31,236 nt of DNA from Oopsacas minuta (Eukaryota; Animalia; Porifera), in assembly GCA_024704765.1 (NCBI GenBank), contig JAKMXF010000081.1, forward strand, positions 1 through 31,236, read 5' to 3'. Shown here piece by piece: positions 11,395-22,640 of this stretch; position 1 is the stretch's first letter; each line of letters starts with the position of its first letter. The translations under genes were made by a program, and so were the position numbers. The notes beneath the pieces are model-generated. The model was not told the origin of the DNA, ran no database searches, and was given only the letters and a program-made list of their open reading frames with translations.

Positions 11395-13523
11395 ATGTCT
11401 GTACTAATCACGAACAATGAGGCATATAATTTGTATATTTCGAATGGAAGAAGTGTTACAGTCTCTGTTAGGAAACTTATTGAGAACAACCATTTGTCCG
11501 ATGAAGAAACTGCTACTCTCCAATTCAAATTTAAATCACTTCTAACATCCAGAGAGGCTTACCGTAGGAAGGATCTTGAAACATGGGTAACATGATTTTC
11601 CACTCTACCCATCTAACAATATCCAATCCAAGAGAGAGAATATCGCTTGATCCTGAATTTTCTTCTTTAGTCACTGATTCTGAAAATCGAAACTTTTCAT
11701 AACAGATTATAACTGAATCCCGGAAGCATATTCTCGAATGTCACATGAAGACTTTCAGATCGAGACTTGGTGTTCTTTTAGAGCATGTGGACTTTTTAGC
11801 AGAGAGAGAAAAGATTGAGCCTAAACAACTACTCGCTCTAGCTTTAGAATCAGTCTCAAATAAATCCTATGATCGTGATACTTCAGATATGTGCAGAGAA
11901 ATAATTGATAAGGGATCTTTTAGCGGTGTATTGAACAAAGTACAAATCTCTAAATGTGCTTACATATTGGACAGCTTAGAAATTGGGGCGAGTAAATACA
12001 CGAATCTGAAAAGAATTCTCAAAGGTGATGTTAAGCTTCCTTCCTATAAGCTTGTCTCGCAATATCGTAGGGAAATAAGCCTAACATATGAAATGGAAAT
12101 AGTTAGAGACCCCGAAGCATTGTCAATTGGTACTTGCGTCTCTTATCATTCCATCCTTAGTCTGACCATTCAACGCTTGCTTTCAACATTAGACCCAGTT
12201 CCTGATTCACACTACCCACTCAAAATTAAGATATCTGATGGATTGGATGGCTCCGGTTGCCATCAAACCTATAACCAACAAAGCAACAATTCTATATTAA
12301 GCGCAAAAACTTTCATTTTGTTCGGATTCAAAGTAACATCAATTACAGACACACTTGGAAATGACGTGTTCTATAACAGCTCACCCAACTCTCCGTTCTG
12401 CTTTAGGCCAGTAGCACTGATAGCTTTGAAAGAAGATTGTTCCAGTGTAAAGCTTATCATGAATACAATAGTCAATCCTCAAACAGACCATATCATACAG
12501 GATGGGTTATCTCTTATTGGAGGCCATGCACAGGTCGAGATAGTCTGTTCCCTTTTTGATACCAAGATGGCAGGATTGCTGGATGGAGCTGGTGGGGCTT
12601 CTTGTCATCTGTGTACTGCAACGGATAGCCAAATTAAAAGTTTAGAATGGGCCCATTCTGGTTTCCCTATTAACAGATTAATTAGCGACGCTCGGCAACT
12701 TTTTGAAGAGGTTGATGAAGAAGATTACTTGAAACTCCCATCAAATCAACATATTGGTATTACGCATCAACCAACTTCTAACATCGATATTCTAGCTGCG
12801 TCTCCTTTGCATGCTTACCTTTGTGTATTCAGGTGGTTCATGCTGTTGATATACCATCTTGATGCAGGACACAAGGTATGGGTGCCATCAAACTCGAAAG
12901 TAAATTCCTCCATGAAACGGGTTCGTGCTATACTCCAGGAAAGATGTAACTTCAGTGTCGATATCCCTTCAAGCCAGGGCGGCACTTCAACCACTGGTAA
13001 CATTGCGCGAGACTGCTTTTTAAATAAGAGAGACCTTTTGATGTGGGCCACTTCTTCCATTAATCCTTCAGATAAAATATCATTGGAGAAGATCCTGACA
13101 AATCTATTTGTTTTGTTAAGACTCCTCAACAGTGGTGACTCGATTAACTGTGACAAAATGCAAGAATTGTACAAAGAAACGTACGAATTTATTCTAGTTC
13201 AGTACCCATGGGCAAGCATCACTTCATCTTTGCACAAGTTACTTGCCCATTCGTTTCAGTTAATAGGTGCTTACAATAATGGTAAGGGATTACAGAATAT
13301 CTCTGAGGAATGTTTAGAATCCTGCAATAAATTTGTAAGGTGGTATCGGGAGAATCTTGCAAGAAAAACTTCTTTCACAGATAATGTTAGAGATATTTTA
13401 GTCAGGTTGTTATGTTGTAGTGACCCCATCTTAGTACAGAATCGTTTGAAGCACGCAAAGAAGAAAAAAGACGTTGTAAATAGCCTCCAAGAAATATTAT
13501 ATAATAGGTATGCTATGAGATGA
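11395..13523 (+). CDS. RAG1-like (Transib superfamily) DDE transposase/recombinase, copy B; predicted exons 11395-11586 and 11706-13523 (669 aa)
   Basis: Numbering follows the 592-aa ORF at 11745: GLDGS (D168), SLFDTK (D272), SEECLESCNK (E525); Zn ligands C287/C290 and H497/H502 (LHKLLAH); PNSPFCFRPV, PLH and TGNIAR motifs. The segment RKHILECHMKTFRSRL...LALAL resembles the RAG1 nonamer-binding domain. The intron is inferred. Confidence 0.92.
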
Positions 13524-13797
13524 TTTATGATAATAAGTATATCCAATAGTCATACATATTTAAGGGTCTTTAAATTGTACATTATCAAATAGCAATAGGG
13601 ACCATGACATGCTTTATTATTAACTTTCATAATATCCTCACTAATAAACCACAAGTGTTAAAATTATAAAATGTCAGTAATTACGTCATAACTAGGTTTA
13701 CAGTCGTGCTACTAAAAAATCATTAGTACTTTTGAAATCTATAGTGTCGATTTAGTATATGTAAGTATAATTGTGGTGATATTCCAGATTCATTTAC

Positions 13798-13832
13798 CTA
13801 TTTCCCCATTATGACCATTTTGCCACACTGTG
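13798..13832 (-). repeat. 3' terminal repeat of RAG1-like copy B with RSS-like heptamer
   Basis: Minus strand reads CACAGTG TGGCAAAATGGTCATAATGGGGAAATAG. An unrelated mariner coding sequence begins abruptly at 13833. Confidence 0.85.
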
Positions 13833-14819
13833 CAGCGGAAACAGTGAAAAGATGGTACAGAGAATTGAAGTGGGAATTTTCATCTTGAAGACCAGCCCCA
13901 CCCTGGATCACCTCCATACGCTGTTAGTGATTTAATTGTTGAGTCAATTGAGGACATTGTGATAGCAGACACAATGTTACATATGAGAGGTTTCAGTACG
14001 AAATTGGCATTTCATCCGGAGCAGTACACACCGTTTGACACGAATCCCTTCAGCGACGTAGACATTGTGCCGCCCGCTGGATCCCACATCAGCTTCATTC
14101 TGAGCAGAAGCAGAAGCAGAATCAAGTGAAATGGTGCCATGAAATGCTTACAAAATTTAACAATGACAACAGTAGAGATGTTTCCAAGATATTAACTGGT
14201 GATGAAACATGGATCTATCACAATGATCGAGAAACAAAGCAGCAGAGCCGTCAATTATGTGAAATTGGAGAAAGTCCCCCAACAAAGGTTCGCAGAACTC
14301 AGTATATCAAGAAAAAATGTATGCAAAACTGTTGTATCTCTTGAACCCGGTAAGACAATTAATTCAACCTGGTATACAGAGAGTTGTTTGCCTCTAGTCA
14401 TAAAAGCAATAAATTTACAGCGTCCTGGCACAGGATTAAGGGGAACTTCTTTGCACCACGATAATGCCAATTCTCATACATCAAAAATGACAAAACAATT
14501 CATTGAAGAATCAGGACTACTTATTTTGCTACCCCCTTATTCTTCAGATCTAGCACCCTGCGACTTCTGGCTCTTTCATAGAATAAAAAATACCTTAGAG
14601 GCAGAAATCTTTCATCGAATTCTGATCTTGGGGGGTCCCTCAAAGATGTGATCGGAGACATCAACGAAAATGAATTTGAAGAAGCTATTCAAGCTTGGTT
14701 TAAACGAATGAACAAGTGTATTCAAGCTAAGTGATGCTATTTCGAACAATTATAGTAAAATAAATATACCGATTGATGCTTTTCGATTCTTAAGCTCAAA
14801 AGTTATTGAGTACCCCCCG
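13833..14819 (+). mobile_element. 5'-truncated mariner (DD34D-type) element with a pseudogenised transposase
   Basis: AETVKRWY, ARWIPHQL, ILTGDETWIY, LHHDNANSH, PPYSSDLAPCDFWLF. Right end ...TTATTGAGTACCCCCCG followed by TA (14820-14821). Confidence 0.88.
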
Positions 14820-15387
14820 TATAACCTGGAATTTGATGAAATTTCAAATTTTGTCGAGAAAGGAAAATGAGTAGCGGCAACATACAATCGTCAAATCAAG
14901 TGTTGCAAAGAGCCTAATGTATTCAAACTAATGCACGATCGGTGCTCATATTGTATTCCAGAAAATTAAGGTCTTAAAGAAATGGTATTAGCATAGTCGT
15001 ACGTTTACCCAAAGTTTCAGACTAGTATCTAACTGATTGAAATAGCAAAATATTCTTGGGCATACATACAGTCAAATTCGACCATAGACTTAATCTACTT
15101 TCGAAAACAAGCAAGGATTTTACATTTCAACAAAAATCGATGAATGTATTTGAGGAAATTTGTATCTCCAGTCTATGAATTCATTAGAAACATAGAAAGC
15201 GCTTGGATTAGGCACAATTCATATTAACAGGCAATACTATAGATTGCAGATAGAGTGAACGAGAAGTAAAGTGCAACAAACTCCGATTATACGTTGCAAA
15301 CTCTGTTATCGGGACTTGTACACTCCAGAATTTTGAAGCAAAATATAGAAGCATATACTTGTGGATAAATCAAAAATATGTGAAGCA

Positions 15388-15547
15388 CAGTGGAAGCCAC
15401 TTAATCGGGACGTCATCGAAGTCGGAATTTTGTCACGTATAACCGAATGTCCCGATTATCCGATGAAATTTCTATTGTTAGATATGGATTTGTTCCGATT
15501 AAGTGTGTCTCACGTTTATCCGTCTCCCGAATAAGTGTCTTTCACTG
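15388..15547. mobile_element. pogo-like MITE, 160 bp
   Basis: 23-bp TIRs CAGTGGAAGCCACTTAATCGGGA / CAGTGAAAGACACTTATTCGGGA (3 mismatches); TA on the right, CA on the left. Confidence 0.8.
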
Positions 15548-15609
15548 TATCTGTTGAATGATTCAATCAGACATAATGAATTATTAACTGTTCGAATAGT
15601 AGAAAATTA

Positions 15610-16380
15610 ATCTTTTGATTTAGTAGCCAAAAATACAACTTTAGCTTGCTTGACTTAACAAGTGCTTTTGATATTATTGATCGTAAATTTTTGATTGCAA
15701 GACTTCGAGATATATTTGGGTTTTATGATTACGTATTAGGCTTGATTACATCATACTTAACTGATCGCACACAAACTGGTCCTATTTCTAGAATTTATTC
15801 AGATCCTTATGCTATGTCCTGGGGTGTTCCTAGGGATCTGTACTTGGTTCTCTTCTCTTTAAATTATATATTTCACTCATACAAGAAATTGCACACCTTC
15901 ATCATTTTGATATCGTGATTTATGCTGATGACACTCAAATATATACCACACTCAGACACAGTCCTTTCAGTTTAGAACTTAAATTCCTAGAGGTAAGTTT
16001 TATTGATATCTTCATCTGTTAAAATGAATATGTTGAGATGTAATTCGGATAAAACAAGCTGTATATCTATTTTCTTCGAAATTTAAGCAAAATATCGCAA
16101 AGCTGGATTTATGTATTGATGGACACCACATCCAACCACTTGATTCTGTTAGAGACCTAGGCGTCGTCCTGGATTCTAATCTTAACTTGAAAAACAAATC
16201 AGAAATGTCTGTTCCAATGTGTCAATTTACCTCAGGAATATTAGAAACATACGTAAATACTTAGACAAGAAGAATCTGGGACGCTTAATTCCCGCATTTA
16301 TCACTTGTAAATTAGACAACTATAATTCTATTCATTTTTGATCTAGTGGCTCTGAGATTCAAAAGATTCAAAGAATTCAA
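15610..16380 (+). mobile_element. L2/CR1-type LINE reverse transcriptase relic (part upstream of the Merlin insertion)
   Basis: LDLTSAFDIID, SWGVP, YADDTQIY, VRDLGVVLDSNL, with frameshifts. Ends ...IQRIQ at the insertion site. Confidence 0.88.
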
Positions 16381-19300
16381 GGTACAATTTTAGAATGTTA
16401 GACTCCCAACTTTTTGCAAGATGGTAAAATCGCTATATGAGCCGTTATAGAACATGTTGAGGGATGAAGATTGAACTAGAGATTTCTAAATAGGTCAAGA
16501 AACAAAAAGGTAACAGCAATTCTAGCTTATAAGCCAAAGTCTATGAGGAAATTGCAACTTCATTGAAGCCAAATATATTACAATAATAGTATTGCAAATA
16601 GCATAATAGTGTGCATACAATACTACAACATACCTAATTATCATTCCAATGTCTAAGTAATTTGTGTTACCTATTAATCAATCTCTTTAATCTCCAAGAA
16701 AATAGACATATTTAGTAAACATACAATCTGCAATAATGATATTAAGTTAATTAACTACATATCAAGAGATTATATAGTAACTACTTGAACTTTAAATGGA
16801 GACGGTTGTTAGTTCTATTCATCGGTATCACATCTTCTAATAATCTCCAGTGATTCTTTTTCGTTTGATTAATGTAAAGCCCCTATACACAATGCAACTA
16901 TGTTGTACCGTGTATTATGGGATGGTGACAGAATATTGTTGCATCGTGTGTATTGATCGTTGCATGAAAAATGTTGCACATAAATATTGTTGCATGCGTA
17001 GGGGGGGGAGCTTAAAACAAAGCTTTCAATGAAATTTTGGAAATTAATTAAATCATACTATGACACAGGACACCTTTTGCACTTGCATGAAACTTCTATT
17101 GCAACCGATTTGCCTGAAACTTTATTTCATGGTATGTATCTTTTTTGGTTGTTTTTCTGGAATTGATTGAGGAACTTGTAAAAACTAATGACTTTATTTT
17201 TGCATGGGGTTGTGAGATACTCAATCTAGTAACTTTTTGTATAACTAATGAAAGAGTTTCTGTGTGAATCAATTCAAATTGTATTGGTAAATAAAGTATT
17301 GGGTTCACTGGCTAAGACCGATAATTCGAGCAAAATTCCCATATTAAGGAAACTGGAATAAGGCCGAAAAATATTCATTACTCCAGTAACAAGCAGCCTT
17401 ATAACAAAGTCCGTTAGAGCCTCTGCGTCTTACAGTTCAGGGGGCTGCTTGCTACTGGATCTCCTGAACTGAAGGACAAGGAGGCTTTCACTTATCTGGT
17501 TATACGGCTGTTTGATATTAGAGTGATGGATAATTTTCTGACTTAGTCATGTTTCAAAATAAAGAGCAATACAAAAGGTTAAATTCAATATTATAATCTA
17601 TAGGAAAGGCAAAGAACCTACATGAATGAGTGAATATACCCTTCAGTGAATTATAATAAATAAAAATGAACCGCTTTTAGCATATTCTAAGTATTCCTTT
17701 ACAAGTTAGAGATGGTTATCTGCCATGCGTGTTGGAACAAACTCATAACATCATAAAAACAATGAGTTATAATGGACTGTTGATGAATTATATTATTCAT
17801 CATGCGAATTATTTGCATTTGTATAGTTTTTAACATTATTAAATGGATTGTGTATGCTTTTTCTTGCATGTTGATGTAGTATGGCTGTTTCATGGTTGAA
17901 AAGTAACAATTGATTTTTCTATCTGAGTGATAAAAACCAATCAATAGTGTGGATCATCTCCAAGTAGACAGATCTAAGCAATCTCTATATATATAAACAA
18001 TATATTTCGATATCAGGAATACATCTGCATATCATTTCAAACTCATATTTTTCACGATTGTCGCAATTTTCATGACTACTCCCGTATTTAGACCTGTAAT
18101 GATGCCTGCATCTTTCCGATCGTCGATGAGATTGGATTGAAGGAATTATTCTTAAGGATAACCCACAATCGTGACAATTGTATCGATTGGTTGAGGGTTC
18201 ACGGATTATTAGTAGGAGGTATGGGATGTAAATTCGGGCAAACATGTCGGAAGGCGTATTTTCTAGAGTGCACGAAGGGAGAGGTTGGGGAAGACCTGAA
18301 AGGGTTGCAAGAAATTTGCATCCCTACGAGTAGGATCATTCTTTGAGGGATCCAATATTCCTCTTACTTAGTTGGTGGAATTTTTGTATTTTGGGGCAGA
18401 AGGACTACAAAGTACACATTTCTTAACCCTACATCTTAAGTGGTCTCCAAACACCATCACAGATTGGAAAAATTTTTATAGGATATCTGTGTGGAGAAGT
18501 ACCTTTCTAATCCAGAACCAATCGGAGGGCATAGGCACATCGTTGAGATCGATGAAAGCAAGTTTGCGAAAAGAAAGTACCATGGAGGAAGGCAACTATC
18601 AGGAAAATGGGTGTTTGGTGGGATTGACAGAGTGACCAAAGAAGCTTTCATGGTCACAGTTGGAGATAGATCAGCATCTACATTGATTCCTATTATAGTA
18701 TAATATATCAAACCGGGTACTATTATTCTAAGCGATGAATGGGCTTCATACAATCTTATTCCACCTGCTACGTTCACCCATTTGACTGTTGATCACAGTA
18801 TCCAGTTTGTGTTCCCTGAAACAGAGATTCACACACAAACAATAGAAAGCACTTGGGGTCAAGCCAAAAAAAGATGAGAAATTCCATGACCACCAACCCC
18901 GAGCTCCTGGATGCATACCGAGCTGAAAATTGCTGGAGAAAGAAACATGGTGATAATCAATTTCACAACTTGATAATAGAATACGAACCCAATATATTGT
19001 TACTTAGATACAATCTCTTGCATACTAATCACTAGTTTTTCATAGTTACTAGATATTTACTTGAGAATCAAAATAATTCTAGTTGTTCAAACATTGGAAC
19101 ATGCCATGGGCTCATACCACTTAAAAGTAGTTTATTTGACAATATTAGATAGTTATTATTTGATATTATTCCAAATTTGTTCCGTTGATAGCGAGTAGAA
19201 TGCCATTGTTTGCTGTATATCACACAATAGAGATCCTTTTGTTGGTAAAATGACAACAAGTGTTGGGTGAAAGGACAGGCGAAAATCTGTTTGAAATTTT

Positions 19301-19739
19301 GCATAGATTTGTTGGTAAATGCAGCGTTCCCAAATATACTCAATTAAATACTTATATTTCCATTCTATAGTTAAATTATTAAATAATATAAAAATATTGC
19401 AGATTGTATGTTTACTAAATATGTCTATTTACTTGGAGATTTAAGAGATTGATTAATACGTAACACAAATTACTTAGACATTGGAATGCTAATTAGGTAT
19501 GTTGTAGTATTGTATGCACACTACTATACAATTTGCAACACTTATTGTAGCTTCAATGAAGTTGCAATTTTCCCCATGACTTTGGCTTATAAGCTAGAAT
19601 TGTTGTAACCTTTTGTTTCTCGACCGATTTTAGAAATCTCTAGTTCAATCTTCATCTCTCAACATGCTCTATAACGGCTCATATAGCGATATTTTCCATC
19701 TTGTAAAAGGTTGGGGGTGTAACATTCTTTTATTTTACC
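16381..19739 (+). mobile_element. Merlin (IS1016/IS1595-like) DNA transposon, 3359 bp
   Basis: 8-bp TSD GAATTCAA (16373-16380 and 19740-19747); GG...CC termini; ~350-bp imperfect TIRs (16381-16735 and 19395-19739). Confidence 0.92.
18072..19035 (+). pseudogene. Merlin/ISXO2-like DDE transposase, frameshifted
   Basis: IVEIDESKFAKRKYHGGR, WVFGGIDR, IKPGTIILSDEWASY, TVDHS, HTQTIESTW, spread over several frames. Confidence 0.9.
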
Positions 19740-20332
19740 GAATTCAAAATGCTTCCACTCGTTTGATTATGAATTGTAAAAAAATTGATTATATTTCTCC
19801 TATTCTATGCGAACTTCATTGGCTAACCGTAAAGAAGAGAATCATATACAAAGTGCTATTGATAATGTACAAGTGTCTAAATTTCCATTCCCCAATCTAC
19901 TTGCACAATACACTTCAACTTCAGCAGGAGATTAATTCAGACAGAACTCTTAGATCCGGAACTGTGAATGACTTATACATACAGAAACATAATAAAAAAT
20001 TTTATGCTGGAAGAGCGTTTCCCATAATTGCTCCTAAATTGTGGAACTTTGTACCGATCTGTATTCGACAATCTACATCAGTAAATATATTCACGAAAAG
20101 GTTAAAAACGTACTTATTCACTAATGATGAAAATCTATTATGGTTTTAGTTGAGATATATACACAAAGCGACAATTGACAAATAATATCTCTTAATTTTT
20201 TGTAAGATATGCTCTATTTCTCATTTTAACTTCTACTTGTACTATGCTTATGAACTTGTATATGTTGTCTGTATAGCGCGTTGAGACTATTATGTATATT
20301 GAACTCGAAAGAACTATAATATTATGATTATT
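19740..20332 (+). mobile_element. 3' part of the L2/CR1-type LINE, downstream of the Merlin insertion
   Basis: RIQNASTRLI...HWLTVKKRIIYK...GRAFPIIAPKLWN...KRLKTYLF (stop at 20149) continues the RT broken at 16380. The 3' UTR boundary is approximate. Confidence 0.85.
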
Positions 20333-21391
20333 TCTAGTTAGTTTATCGGATTTTCGAATTTTTTTGACGATATATCTTCATACGCATTACAGTCGAAATC
20401 GTTTAATTCGCCCCATTTACCAACCATAAAGGTTTAGATCTAGTATATTTTCCTCATGGTTTCTTTGCCTATCGGTATTTCTTTTTTTCGTCCATTCAAT
20501 AGGTAAAAGACCTGATTTCAACTGTATGATTAAATTCCCACATGTTGATTGCAGATTTGGTTATCCTGAAATTTTACAAATCTTATGCTTCCACCCATAC
20601 CACCGTACAACATGTATTTTGTAATAAGTTTGTGCACTATGAAGTCTGGTTTTATATACTCAATATTTAGCCGAATATTCATTTGGCCTTATTAACACAT
20701 TTAATTTATTCTATCATTTATTGTATTGAATTAGAACCTAATTTTCTCTTTCAGCGAACATTTAATGTCAGCGTGCAAAAAGAAACAGATAAGTGAGTTT
20801 GTCCTATTTTCCGATGTATATTTATCAATGATTTGGAACAATAATTATGATATTCCTTTTTGTAATGATGAATTTACTTGAATCTTTTTGGTTGTCATTA
20901 TACATAGTACAGTCAAACTCTTATTATTATTGAATTAGTACAGTGGATAAACCATATAGGCAGGCACTATGAAGGAATACTAGCCCGCTTCGCTTGCTAT
21001 CGCTACGCGAGTTATGGGCACTCGGGCCTCCGGCCCTCGTTAGGGGTACAGTTACCTCTGATATTCAAAATTTGATGGATTGTATGAAAACAAAGAAAAT
21101 ATTTATCACATAATGTTGACAATGTGATATTTGGAATCAGCGTACCCGATTACGCTATGATATCCTTTGGAACCACGTTTCTGGGATAATTTTGAAATTT
21201 GTTTACTTCTTGGTCGTAAACAACAACAAATGTTTATCAGATGTTTTGACAATATGAAATTCGGATTCAGCATATTCGATAACCTTTAGTCAAGTTTTGT
21301 GGAATTTGTTTACTCTCCTGATTTACTTCATAAATTTATACTCAACAGTATTTTGGAACGTAAGCTTGTTTTTCTCCATATACTATCACTC

Positions 21392-21393
<2 letters not shown>

Positions 21394-21460
<67 letters not shown>
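21394..21460. repeat. (AC)n microsatellite, about 33 units
   Basis: Perfect dinucleotide run. Confidence 0.99.
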
Positions 21461-21462
<2 letters not shown>

Positions 21463-21765
21463 TAGATGTCCATTTATCTCAAGATAGATGGACACAAATG
21501 GCTATTTATCCTTAACTGGCCAATTAACCTAAAGGATATTTAGCCTCTTATTATTCTCAGATATAATGTCGTTTTTGAATTCGTATGTAGTATTTTGACA
21601 ATATAACTCATTCCAACGATTGATAAACTGTTAAGTTTGAAGGTATTAGTATATCTCACTGGATGGAGTTGAAATATTGAGACAGCTCAAAATATTGCAT
21701 TACCTCGAAAAAAACTGATATCATGAATGTTGACGATTTCTTAGGTCTGTTCATATTCGACTAGT

Positions 21766-21882
21766 CATTGGTTCTCAATCTTTTTTAGTCCGCGACGCCC
21801 CCTACTTGGTATATATGCGACCTATCTAATAGATGCTAATACAAAATACAAAGCTCTGCGACCCCCAGTTCGAGAAATACTC
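21766..21882. mobile_element. Decayed hAT-type MITE
   Basis: Ends CATTGGTTCTCAATC and GTTCGAGAAATACTC resemble CAGTGGTTCTCAAAC-type TIRs. TSD not exact. Confidence 0.45.
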
Positions 21883-22492
21883 TACTAGGACATTCAATAA
21901 GCCTTGCGATTGGTGGTGAATCTCAGAAAGTGATAAAGATATCACTTAGTTGGCTAGTATATTAATAGTAGCCGCGATTAGTCATTGATTCATTTTGAAG
22001 TTTATAGTTCGTGAACTTCTATTATGCTCTTTAGACCGATTCTAAGATTTCTACTTTTCGAGACTGTCATTTATTCTAGGTTTCTCATAGGATTTATGTG
22101 TAATCACTCAAACCTAATGTAAAACCTTTAATCAATAGGCTTTTATGTTTTTATGTGATAGACCTTATGAATAGCGGTCATAAATGTAATCGGGAGCTGT
22201 GTGCCCAAATATGGCAACACACTTGGCTAAAAAGCAGCCCAAAAATAACTTTATATTTTTGCAATCTTTTGACACCTGATGTTTGCATCATTTTAGGGAC
22301 AGGTTACTGATGTTGGTAAATTAATTAGAACACCCCACGTAGTCTAGTATGCGAGTATCATAGATATTCGATTCGGTGTCGTATTGACATAAAAACAATG
22401 CGTACAAAGTTGACTTAGTGTGGGTGACAGAGTATTCTGTGAAATACCTGTATATATAAAAAGAATACTTACCAACCGGAGGCTAATCGTTA

Positions 22493-22640
22493 GGAGTCGT
22501 TCAAACGTTACTTAACGACAAATTCCCAAATTTTAGACACCCCCTCCCATGTCACCCAATTCGTAATACAAAAGGATGGGACTGTCACACTTTGCTACTC
22601 CTTAGCCCTTGGAAGCGTTACGTAACGGTTGAACGGCCCC
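22493..22640. mobile_element. PIF/Harbinger (Tourist-like) MITE, 148 bp
   Basis: 25-bp TIRs GGAGTCGTTCAAACGTTACTTAACG / GGGGCCGTTCAACCGTTACGTAACG (21/25 identical); TTA TSD at 22490-22492 and 22641-22643. Confidence 0.85.

Noticed and set aside
12815-13546. Minus-strand ORFs 12815-13174 and 13271-13546
   Set aside because: Antisense shadows of the RAG1-like coding sequence with no motifs.
13524-13797. Possible convergent RAG2-like gene
   Set aside because: Only ~270 bp of AT-rich sequence; no kelch or PHD motifs here or elsewhere that I could see.
15386-15392. CACAGTG heptamer
   Set aside because: Explained by the flank of a pogo-like MITE (CA instead of TA) plus its CAGTG terminus.
21297-21515. 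ORFs with (HT)n tracts
   Set aside because: Artefacts of translating the (AC)n microsatellite.
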